From contig CM074806.1 of NCBI GenBank assembly GCA_037447605.1, positions 3,844,001-3,908,000 on the forward strand: DNA of 64,000 nt. Direction: 5' to 3'. Positions 13,178 through 30,984 of this stretch are shown here, in pieces. The stretch's first letter is position 1, and each line of letters opens with the position of its first letter. The position numbers and the translations under genes were made by a program. Origin of the DNA: Zygnema circumcarinatum SAG 698-1b. Its lineage: Eukaryota > Plantae > Zygnematophyceae. The notes beneath the pieces are model-generated. The model had not been told where the DNA came from, did no database searches, and saw nothing but the letters and a program-made list of their open reading frames with translations.

Positions 13178-14251
13178 GGCGAGCAGAGGGAGGGGTGTGG
13201 CTGTGAGCGTGCCAAGCGGCTTCTGCGGAAAGGGCATTCACATGCGCATAAATTCTACCAACGGGATTTGCCGCTGTTAACTACAACAAAAATTACAACT
13301 GGAAATTAACCCTAATGAAACCGCGCGTTGTCTGCCTCGGTGAGGAAGGGACGAACATGGAGCGGTATGAGCTTGCGGGCGAGAGGCCTGGACGGCGCAG
13401 CGAGAGCAGGTACCATAGTAAAAGCAGAGGGCTTTCTTGGGAGGGGGATTTCCGGGAGACACAGACAGTGGAGTCTCTTACAGTAATGGCTCCAAGCTTT
13501 ATGGGCTTCGTCAGGAAGGTGCTCGTTTAGGCTTGGTGAGGAAAGTAGAGGGCGCATAAGAGGGGAGGGTGAGTCCATTCTAAACGCTACGGAGGTTTTG
13601 TGAAGAGAGAAAGATGACCACTGCGACGGTGAGGATCTCGTTCCTGGGACAGTAAACACCTCAGGCTTTCGATCTACATCTGATCTGAATCCGATGAAAA
13701 GTTTGCTTTTTTTTCAACAGTACAGAATTCAAAAAATGTTTCCCAATGTTGCACGCGACTTCTAAAGAAAAAGGCGGCCGAGTCAGATTCCATGCTATCA
13801 TGCGCAGTTTTGAAGCTTAAGTTGTAAAAACAGGCTAAAATTTACAAACAAAAAAAAAAAAAAACAACACTGCCTAATATGCCAAGTGATGAGTTTCCCA
13901 ACTCTGGCAATCCGTCACTGATAAATGAACAAGCGGCTTAACCCCTCCTTATCTTTGCTACACGCAGATGTCGACCTTCTGAATCGCACGAGACAACAAT
14001 CGAAGGCACTCCTAGTCGTTAGGACTTCAGTTAAAAGAAACCGTGAACCTTTGGATACATCCCGACGACAATTCATGAATGAGGTCTCGCTTTTTCCCAG
14101 TCTCATATAATCGTCGATTTTGACAAGCACATGTAGTGCCGTTGAAACGGGGGCAATGCAGCCACACTGAGTGGCATATGAAGCCATCACGTTATAGGGC
14201 GACAACGCCAAGCTTCACCTCACACACGGCAGTGCGTTACAGTTTACCGCC

Positions 14252-20768
<6,517 letters not shown>

Positions 20769-20857
20769 CCTCCCTCCTCCCAGAGCCGCCCCCTGGAACT
20801 GACCTGCAGTCAACGCCCTTTCTTCCCCACCTCCTGCCTGCCCAATCCCCCAAGCCC

Positions 20858-20893
20858 TCCCTCCCTCCCTCCCTCCCTCCCTCCCTCCCTCCT
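20858..20893. repeat. (CCCT)n tetranucleotide tract, read as (GGGA)n on the PCCB sense strand
   Basis: Direct repeat run about 100 nt upstream of the probable PCCB ATG. Confidence 0.9.
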
Positions 20894-22290
20894 CCTGCAG
20901 AACAGGCCTGAGAGGCTCTTGCTCCCTTGCAGCCTCTCGCCCGACTGCAGGACGACGGACCGAGCGCGGGTCGGTGCGGCTCCAGGGCACTGCCACGCTG
21001 GACAACGCCGCCACGTGTGATCACGATATTCGGTTATGGCGAATGAAAGAGAGCCACGTGGCGACGCCGACATTCCACAAGGACGGTGGGACGCCAATGG
21101 CGAGCCGGCGCGCTATGCTGACTCACGGGGGGAGGGAGACTGACCGTGCTGACGCGGCAGGGGGGGGAGTTGGGTGATGATGGAGCCATCTAAATCGTAT
21201 CGCATACGATATATCGAGATATTGAAAAATGTCCTCACTTTTTGTTTTTTTATTTTTTCATGCTTTCATGATACTATGATAGTTGTGCTAGCCGAAAAAT
21301 GAAGAAGTACAGGAGTTGGCATTGACAAACCAAAGTAAAATTAGCAAAATTGACCCCATTATGCACGTAGAAAACTGATTCCTGCAATCGGACATCTTGC
21401 CACAACCATGAAAACAACTCCTATTTGTGTAGGCAGCGCATGCTCCAGGCTTGTCCTCGTAATGTTTGTAGCCTTAAGTACTCCCAGTTTGACTCTTCAC
21501 ATGCAGGTGCACACAGAACGGTACACGGTGAAGCATTTCAACCAGTCTTCAAATGGATCAAGCACAGGTGTACAATGCAAAGGGGGATAAGCGCTCCCCT
21601 CCCCCCCCCTCCTGATCGTAGGTTTCTCCAGACTGGGAATTAGCTGAGGCAGATAGTATACCGAGGGACACAAGGAGGAACCGCTCCAAGATGTAGAGTT
21701 GACTAACACCTCAGAAATACATAAGAAGTTGTAGGTTACAGGAAATCAACCATCAAACACAACAAAAATAGTTGTGATGGTGTCTGGACAGAGTCCACAC
21801 GCGTAGCCTGCACCACTACAGCGCAGCTACTTACAAGAATCTCTTACACCACTTACTGTCTGCTTGCTCCCTTTTCCTCCCCCTTCTTCTCCCTCCCTCC
21901 ACTTTCTTTCTCTTACACCAGGAGCTCCGCAGGCATCGATCGAAAACCTCCTATGCAGTTTATTGACAAGCAGAGCAATGCTTTGAGAGAGAGCGAGAGA
22001 AAGAAAGAGAGAGCGAGAGGGAGCTAGCGAGGGAGGGAGAGAGAGAGATCCTGCCACGAGAGGATCCCTGCCTAGAACAATTCTTGAAGTCCAATAGGCG
22101 TATAGGACATGGCACGCTTGGCTGGCCCGCACTACCCCATACAGTGTACATAGAAACCGCTACTGGAAGGGCCGGTCTATTGTGATTTTGCCCAGTGGGC
22201 TGCAAATGAATGAATGCCGCCGGTGCTGATGGTCTTCTCACTGTCGGAGAGAGCCCTCAGTCGAAGCGCGTTCAGGGGAGAGCGGCTCTC

Positions 22291-25200
22291 TCATGAAGTG
22301 GAAGGGGCCTTCAGGGGCAGCACTTCCTCTTTGGAAACCTCAACAACAGCCCTTGCACCCAATTTCTGCACAAGCCAACCTCAGTAATTCTTTAGAAATC
22401 AAAGTCAAATCCTCCGCCAGCTGCCAGCCTACATGGGCTCATTAAGTTTTGGCATATTCTATGTCGGCAGCCACTTACATATAACGATAAACATTATCCT
22501 GGTGTCCGCAAAGAGTCTACATGTGAAGTGAGCTATAACATGACATTGGCGGGATTGACTTCAAACAGGTATAGGCAAGTCTGATGTTATTCCTTTCATG
22601 GAACTGACAACAGGTCCCTATAAGCTACTGGAAAATCATAGCCACTTCCACCTCGTCTCCGCGTTCGAATAAAAGAAATCAATCGATGCAAGGTGAGATA
22701 GTACTATAAGAAACATAGAATGAAAACAAACACATACACTGAAACACAATTACAAATATGAGGTTCTTCTCAAGTTAGAGCATTTGGACTCCAACATCAT
22801 TTATTCAGATAATTCGGTACAGTACTTCGATATTTTCCACCCCATGCTTCTTGCAGCTTTCTTTGCCTTCCATTCTGCTCGCTTCTTTATGCCGCAAACT
22901 GCGCAGTGAAGACACGAAAAATGTAGTAACCGCCACGACATCATTGGTGGTATGAGGTGCAGAGGACCAAACCTGACGAACATAACCGTAGAGAGTGCAT
23001 CCCAGGATGGTGATGGAGCAGCCCAAAATGTTCAGTACAGACATAGGATTACGGAAGAGAAACCTGGTCCATAGAAACAGTACAGCCCCCGAATTGCCAA
23101 TTCTCGATCAGTAGAAAGATGTGATTAGTATCGAAATGCCATTTCATACAGCCTCCGATGAAAATGTGCAAGTTTGTATAAACCACAGGAGCGGATGACA
23201 GAGCTTTGAGTAGAACAATGATGAATAGAGGAAAGAAATAGGAAGCGCGTTGTAATGCTTTGTAACTTTACAATTCACAACTGTGCATCCTTATCCAGAA
23301 GACTGACGCACGGTTTCCTGCACATTTGAGCACTTCAGACTCAAACCAGAAATTCTACTGATACAAGCAACCAGTGATCAGATCTCCCAGATGCTTACTG
23401 ATGCAAGATGTTCCGGATCAGTGCTCAGTGCACAGCCTCCCATATGAGCATGAAAGATGACACAAAGCGTTTGCACAAGTTTCCTGAGTTCATACCAAGA
23501 AGCTGCGATAGCCACAGCGGTTTTCATGTTACCGGCCACATTGAAAGTGAGAGCAGAAGTTGTCTGAATGACATAGAAGATGGAGTAATTCAGCGAAAAT
23601 GCCAGTACTCCGCTCACGAATAATATAGACAACGGTTGGATAAGTGCCTGCTGATCCAACGCCCACTTCTGAACTCCAAATCCTTCCGCCAGAAGGGCTG
23701 GGAAAATAAGCAGCATGGTAGCGTATGGCGCCATATAGTAAACCTGCAAAAGTACTGGCAGTTAGTAGATCAAACCACAGAACGAACATTTACAAACGCA
23801 AAATGAGATAAATCAATTTCAAAAGAGCAGACAATGCCGGATACTCCAAGTGGTGCGCCTAAAGAGGAGTGACAAAATAAGGATATTTGCTGCACAGGAT
23901 GGAAGTTCCAGCAAAGACGCTAAGAACCCATCGAAGTGGCAAGCCATGCATCAAAACGACATTGCAATATATAACTATACACGGAAGATGATTATGGAAA
24001 AGACTCACAGTGTTCAAGCTGTCAAAACTGTATTTTCCATGAAGTAGGGTCTCTGCGAGAATAGTCTGCCGAGAAAGTTACGAGTCAGTAATTGGTTGAG
24101 GGGCACGTCCCATTAACAGTAAGTGCTTCTCCTATATTAAGTGTTCAGTTCCCACTTCAGTGGCATGGCATTGGCAACGAGCTGAAGTGTGCAAGGTCAG
24201 ACCTGCCTTGCATGGCCGCCTGGAATATTTAAGTCTGGAATAATTACCTTAGTGGAGGTGACAAAACAACCCGCCATGGCCGCGATAAAACCCTTCCAGA
24301 CAAAGCTCAACTCAGTAACACTTGTCAATACAATGCCTCCCACAACAGGAAGCAAGGATAAATAAATCCGGTAGTCGAACAACCTGCCCCAAACGACCCT
24401 CTGCAAAAAGACTGCAGCAGAAATAAACATCGAGTCGGTTACACGTACATTGCCAGTTGTCGCCAAAGCTAGCAAATAGCTACATGTCCTGAAACCGCAG
24501 GCATGCACTGTGAAACAACAGAGAAACCAATATGCAAGAACTGATCTGGGCACCGTATTTTGCATAATTAAAGAAGAAAAACGATCCAAAGAAAAGTCTT
24601 TTGAGGCCGAGCATTCAAAGACTCTACGAATTGTTCACTCCAAAAGGAACGAGGTGTCTCATCAATCTCAACACGGTTTGAAATTGACCTATAGGCCTTT
24701 ACTTACTAGTTGTTGCAGGAGTAAGTGACTTGACGGTCTGCATGAAGGAGACTGGTATAGAGGACAGGCTAACATTGCCCAAGACAATATTGGTGCAGAA
24801 CACAACCGCCATCGGAAAAATTCGTGTCCATTTGTCGGCTGACTTAACTTCCACTAACGGTCGCAACTGCACAAAGATAGAAAATCATCAGAAAAAAATT
24901 CAGCGAAATTGGATGCCTGCACCGACAGCAAGGTAGAATTGAGTGGTAACCTGAAGACTTAAACTCAATTGTCATTTTAATTTCAACGCAGGGCTACAAT
25001 GTTTATGAGCGGTTTCAGCTAATCCAAGTTATTGCTTCCGACTTCGTCTCAGCAAGACACGGCGAAGGAGGAAAACAAAGAGTAGCTTCGAGGCACCTTC
25101 AGTATTCGAAGACAAAAGTATGCTCCAAGCGTGGAAATAATGAAATGAATAGTGCTCAGAGTCAGAGGAAACTCGAATTTCAACTCTGCGGTTACAAAGA

Positions 25201-25656
25201 AAGACACACCCCTATATTATCGATCACTTCACACAATCTTGACATTACCAATATTTTTTCAAGGTAAAGGCATTGATCGGACGTTGGAATAGATTAAGCT
25301 CGTCTGAAGATCTACCAGGCATTAAAGACGTTATCTTTACTGCTGTGGATCTACATTCTGAGAAAGAGGATTTCTGTCATAACAGGGAGCTAGCGAGGCA
25401 ACAAAGACAGTTCAGCTGATCTGCCACACCTCTCACATCCTTCGCCACCCTTCAACATTCTCCGCACCAGTAACTCACGTTGAAAGATGTACTTGTTCAG
25501 GATGACAGTTGCCACGTTGAAAAACCACCACTGCCCGATCGATATTATCTGCACAACGGCATTGGAGACCCGAATGAAGGCAAACACCGTCTGATCAGGA
25601 TCCGCCTTCTTGCCGTCAGGCTCCGTGCGAGCGTTTAGCAGCTTCGCTGTCTCCAT
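22291..25656 (-). CDS. Golgi nucleotide-sugar transporter of the TPT/DMT family (UDP-GalT1/GONST5-like)
   Basis: Peptides QWWFFNVATVILNKYIFQ, LLPVVGGIVLTSVTELSF, VYYMAPYATMLL, SGVLAFSLNYSIFYVIQTTSALTFNVAGNMK, GCSITILGCTLYGYVRQ. The putative last exon KLGARAVVEVSKEEVLPLKAPSTS* (22365-22291) is less certain. An in-frame upstream ATG exists at 25728. Confidence 0.9.
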
Positions 25657-25741
25657 GGCGTCCGTTGACTGCGCAGACGGTCCTCTCGGGCGGTGTAAGA
25701 AATGTCCTTCCGAGGAGATGTGGGACATGTCCTGTGCAACC

Positions 25742-25813
25742 CCCTAACCCTAACCCTAACCCTAACCCTAACTCTAACTCTAACCCTAACCCCAACCCTA
25801 ACCCTAACCCTAA
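25742..25813. repeat. Interstitial telomere-like (CCCTAA)n/(TTAGGG)n tract, about 12 units with CTCTAA and CCCCAA variants
   Basis: Read directly: ccctaaccctaaccctaaccctaaccctaactctaactctaaccctaaccccaaccctaaccctaaccctaaa. Confidence 0.95.
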
Positions 25814-26054
25814 ATGCCGGCCTCCCCGTGCTCTCCTCCTGCTCTGCCCTCCATGGCGCCTCCTGCTACGCACAGCGCCCAGGAAAAAAAAAGAGGGAGG
25901 GAAGGCCGCATTAAAAGGTACCTCCTTAAGGTTAAACCAATCACGTCTTGCAACGTGTGACTAATTTAATACGTGGCATACTGTGATTGAACGTTGGATG
26001 GAGTCCCGTCAAAGTCAAAAAGAACGGAGGCACCTGAAGAGAGACGTATATATA

Positions 26055-26988
26055 GGGTAGTGATATTTCCACCCCTTTTTTGGATCCAAACACCCCTTCC
26101 CGGCCGGGCAGATTTCAAAAGGGATTAAAAACGGAAAATGCTTTTTTCACACCTTTTTGGAATCGATACCCACCTTCTTCCGTCGGCTGATTTTATTTTT
26201 GCTAACCAAGGAAAATGATACCCCGTCACCGCATTTTGAATACTGTATCCCGCCTACCTGAATTTTTTGAGGGAAAGAAATATCTGCCTGCCCGAATCCG
26301 CTCGGAGCGGAAGATCCGTTCGCCACGAGATCGTTCGCGGGTGTCCGTCTTTCACACGTGTGTGTCAATCGCAGCTGTCGATTCCCTCGCAGATCGCACC
26401 ACTGCAGATCACCGTTCGATCTGCAGCCGGCCTTGATCTCAGCGAATGGAAAGCGCCCACGAGTCCCGTCAAAGCCGGATCGCACTTGCGAGTGCGCGCG
26501 TACCTCGGCCCGAGATCTTGTTCTATTGTCAGCTCCCAGCCAATCAAAATTTGCCACGTGTTAAATTTTTGACGTGGAAAATTTTGATTGGTCCAAATTC
26601 TCAATGTACAAAATTTTTGGTACGACCGTACGATATTTGTACGGACAAATTTTTGAGACGACTTTGGGGGGATATGTGGGCCCGTGCCATTCGCTGTGAC
26701 CGAGCCCGGCTGCAGATGAAATAGTGATCTGCCTCGTTGCGATCTGCGAGGGAATCGACGGCTGCGATTGACCGCACGCGTGAAAAAAATTCAGGTAAGC
26801 GGGATATTCAAATGGAGTGAAGGGTTATAATTTTCCTTGTTTCGCAAAAATACAATCTGCCGATGGAGGGTGGGTATCGATTCCAAAAAGGTGTGAAAAA
26901 AGCATTTTCCGTTTTTAATCCTTTTTGAAATCTGCCCGGCCGGGAAGGGGTGTTTGGATCCAAAAAAGGGGTGGAAATATCACTACCC
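26055..26988. mobile_element. Non-autonomous foldback/MITE-like element with long inverted arms
   Basis: 26055-26174 is the reverse complement of 26869-26988 with 1 mismatch in 120 bp. Imperfect pairing continues inward to about 26460/26676. TATATATA flanks both ends (26047-26054 and 26989-26996). No transposase ORF is present. Confidence 0.85.
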
Positions 26989-27350
26989 TATATATAATAT
27001 GTTTTCCGGGCGGAAAGGAGACATTTTTCGGGATTCTGTCCGAATCAGAATTTTATCTGCCGGAAAATCTGAGATTCTCGACTGCTTATTGGTGGATGTT
27101 TTCAACGGGCAGGTTCGGCTGTTTTTTCAGAGGAAAGAAAATCTGAAAATTGTTTCCGCCGCCAGTTACCAGATTTCATTCCGTACAATTTCGTACTGTA
27201 CTATATCCTATCCGTACATCACGATATTCGTACATACTGTAAGTACAGTACTGTTTTTTGTTCTGTACGGACATGTCTTCATGTTAAGGAGGCAGGAGTG
27301 TTTTGGGGAGGAGACTTCAAACATTGAGTTCCAAAATTTCAGGGTCTCAG

Positions 27351-27375
27351 AAGAGAGAGAGAGAGCGGGAATGCG

Positions 27376-27428
<53 letters not shown>
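27351..27428. repeat. (GA)n microsatellite in the leader of the MATH gene
   Basis: Direct GA dinucleotide run about 100 nt upstream of ATG 27530. Confidence 0.95.
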
Positions 27429-27431
<3 letters not shown>

Positions 27432-27529
27432 AGAAAGGGAAGGAGTACAGGCAGGCAGGCTCAGAGGGCACTGGAAGGTAGGAGAGAGGGCGTTAGGGTG
27501 TAGGGTTATTGGCTGGGCTGTGCGGTGCA

Positions 27530-29774
27530 ATGGCGGAAATTCTGAAACCTAATGCAGATACTCCAGCGGAGGATAGCGTGGTTAATGGCACATTCAGGTG
27601 GACCATCATAAATTTTTCCCGCATGGAAGCAGGGAAAAGGCATTATTCTGATGTGTTTCATATTGGACGAACGAAATGGTCAGTGAGCCTAGACAGAACG
27701 AAGCCTCTGATCCACCTGCATGTTCTTCGCAAGGGCCTTAGCAGCAGTAAGTTCTTTCTGCAGCATGATACTGGAGGTCGTTCAAACGGCATTGTTGCGT
27801 CCTGATGAACAATGTGCAATTTAAATTCCTCCTTTGCATCTCCTCACATTTATATTCTGTGTTTGTTTGCATTTGTATTGGGAGGAGAAGATTAGATGGT
27901 CGTTCCAGAGCAGCATTAAGTGGCTTTAATCTCTTGAAACTTGGAGCTATATGCTGGGATGTGGGATGTTCATTCGATTGAGCAGTAGTAGAACTATGGG
28001 GGTTGTGATTCAGGAGCCGAAAAGTGGCTCATTTTGGCAGCAATCAAAAGAAGAAAAGCGAGGTAAACCACTAACTGGGCAGCACTGTATTCTGCAGGCA
28101 AGTGCTGCTTCTTGGCCGGACCGACATAGGAGACCTCTCTATGTATCTTCGGAATGCTGAAAATCTCGACTTTGGCTGGAGCAGGCATGCCAAGTTCTCG
28201 TTGCGGATCATCAGCCAGCTGCGGCCTGAACTCAGCCACAAGAAAGGTGTGCTTCCTGCAAGCTGCAAAGCCAAAATCGTTGCGGTGAAATTGTTTAGGA
28301 GAGTCCATTAAAGGCTTGGTTATCAAATTGGTCGAAGGGGTTTGCTCTACCGTGATACTGTTACGCCATGTCCTCCGTTTCGCGCAGGAACTGAGAAGCC
28401 TGCCCTCTGACAATGCCTTGGCTTTTCTGGAGCTACAAAACTTCAACACTGATTGTTCTGAGGCTACAGCATTGCGCACTTCTATCATTCCTCACATTCG
28501 TCTTTTCTCGTACTGCCATGTACCATGCAGATGCATCCTACAAGTACCATAAGCGAGTCACGGACTGGGGCTTTAAGTCGTATATCTCCTTCAAAGCCCT
28601 GATGAACCCTGAAAAGGGATTCCTTTTGAAGGACACGCTGATCATTGAAGCGGAGGTCTACGTTTCCAAAATTGTGGGCCTCCTTAAGCCATTGTCGGCT
28701 GAGGCGATAGCCCCTGTGAGTGATACTGGGCAGGCAGCTGGTTTTGGTCGCCTCCAGGCAGAAGGGTCAGCTGAGTTTTCCAACCCGCAGCAGCTGGCTT
28801 TAGGAGCGGCGCCGACTTACGTCTCGTCTGCATTGGGCTCAGATAACACTGAAATGCTCCCATCTATCCTTCCAACAATCTTCAAATCGTCAGATGCTTT
28901 AGGGTGGTCGGACAGATCTATTCAAGCAATGTTGGAGAACAAGAGAAGGGCCGGCGAGGAAAAGGTGAGGAGCATTCAGAAGAACGCAGACAAATTAACA
29001 GCTGAAGTTGAAGCCTGTGAGAAAAAGCTGGAAGCTGCAAAGCAAGGGCTGCATGCTTCTCAGCAAGCAGCACAGGCAGTTCTGCAAGAGCTTGCGGCTG
29101 CGAAGAAGTCTTCAGCTGAAGATTATCAGAGGGCGCTGAAGGCCATTGCTGCTCAGCGGAAGAAGGTCGAGCAAGAGTTTAGGCTCCTTCAGAGTCTTAT
29201 AATGCCTACTGATTCGCTCACTTCTATGGAGCGTGGCTGCGAGGCTAGCATGGGCGTGCCTGGAGGCACAGATGCACAAACGGGCGACGGCGTGGGAGAA
29301 AGCACAGAACGAAGTGGAGACATAGAGGCTTGTATAGGCGAGGGTATTGCTGCTCCCAGAGGAGAGGACAATCGAGAAGGAGAGGGAATAGATTTTACTG
29401 GACCGGGTATCCATGTTGGCTCTGTTGATGGCAGAGATGGTGACAGAAGTGGAGTGGATGAGAGTTTGGAAGACAGACCTCTTGCCTTCCTGGCTGCAGA
29501 AATGGCTGCGTTTCCAAGTCGGACTGCAGATGGACAGATTCCTGATGCAAGGGAGAGGGAACTCGAGGGCGACCTTCTGCTAACTGAGGGTACTTCACTA
29601 GGACGACTTACGGTAGGATCTTTACAATGGTGGCAAAATGTGGCCGACGTGGCTGCCGAGCTTATGGTTCAGGTAAGCTCAGGCACTTTGAAAAGATCAA
29701 GGGATGTGGAGGAGCAGTTGGAAAAGTTCGAAAATGAGGCTAAGAGACTGAAGTATCAGCAGGACCAGCTGTAG
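27530..29774 (+). CDS. MATH/TRAF-domain protein with C-terminal coiled coil and acidic region
   Basis: Exons 27530-27678, 28098-28246 and 28531-29774 give GTFRWTIINFS...YSDVFHIGRTKWQVLL...LSMYL...AKFSLRII...DWGFKSYISFKALMNPEKGFLLKDTLIIEAEV (MATH fold), followed by heptad-rich K/E/A/Q sequence. Confidence 0.88.
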
Positions 29775-30984
29775 TGTTGGAGGCGTTTCCCATTACAAGG
29801 GGTTTATATGGCCGTTGAGCGAAAGGCCGACTGCAACGGAAGCAGTGCGTACTTCGCCGTCTCCCCGCTGGACATACATAAGCTTGAAAAACACTTTTGG
29901 GCATCATGTAGGTTTGCATAGGTACTTAGATTCGAAAACCTTGGACTTAAATGAGGGATTAGTTTCGCAGACTGAGGATCTAATAAGGGATTAATATACT
30001 AAAAAGGATGAAGTTCCAAACAAGGAAGCTTTCATTTTTCCCTATTTTATTGTTCATAACCTGATGCGTACCGACGGTGCATATGGAGCTCCATGTGCGT
30101 TCTTGTTTGAATGATATACGCGGAATGCCACGGAAGTTCATTTTCGTTCTGCAGAAAGGTGTTTCTTGAGGATCTTCAAAACTGTACCTTGTGAGCGCCA
30201 ACTCCCTTCCAATCTCCACAGCCCACTTCACTTCACACCATCCGTCCAGGCGTCGATCCATTGATCCCATGCTGGCGACACACGTTGTCCTCTCTCTAAA
30301 TGGCCCGTCCGTGGGGATAAATCAGTGGCCCCTCACAGAAGACATTGAGTTACGGGGGGAGCGCATCCGCCTCTTGTGTGACACATTTGTCGACACATGT
30401 GGCACATTCTTGTGTGTAGCATGTGACAAAGCACATGTTTCACATGCGTACGTGTTCCAGAAGACTAAATTGTGCACAACAATAGATTAGTCCAAGGAAC
30501 CGTGTCAGTGAACAAACAAATTCACTTGTAAACACCACGCGAGGTTTGAAGCCCCACCCTCAGTACTATTGACTACTTCATCCTCAGGCCAATTAGCGGT
30601 GACGAAGTTACGGATAATGTAGAGAGGAGCCTTTCAGAAAAGGACCCTTTAGTGGGGTAGTGGCGTGGATCCCAATCGTGACATCAACGAACAAACAGTT
30701 CCACAGAGGTGGCGGACAGCTGAGCTCACTCAAGTCAAGCTGCCGCTGCTAAAAGCAGTCACTGCACAAATGACAGGCGGAAGCACGGTTACCATTTGAG
30801 CCTCTCTCTGAAAGCAGCTACCACTAAACCTAATACCTAAGACACTAAAAAGGGCTAGAAACTGGCGACAAAGGGAGTGGCGTTTGCAGCACTTTCTATC
30901 ACAAGGTACTTGCTACGTGACTATATCAGAGGTCCCTCTAGAATGACAGCCTGGAGGATATTCTCGCGATGAACTGATGCCTGG

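Noticed and set aside
13357-13410. MERYE start resembling SnRK2 kinases
   Set aside because: No kinase motifs follow, so the match is coincidental.
21190-21225. Short palindromes ATCGTAT-CGC-ATACGAT and ATATC-GA-GATAT upstream of PCCB
   Set aside because: They are too short to distinguish from chance.
25742-25813. A real chromosome end
   Set aside because: The tract is only about 70 bp, degenerate, and has genes on both sides.
25616-25964. ORFs with LGLGLG, PNPNPN or LTLTLT runs
   Set aside because: These are translations of the (CCCTAA)n tract, not proteins.
27208-27530. ORFs with ERERER or SLSLSL runs
   Set aside because: These are translations of the (GA)n microsatellite.
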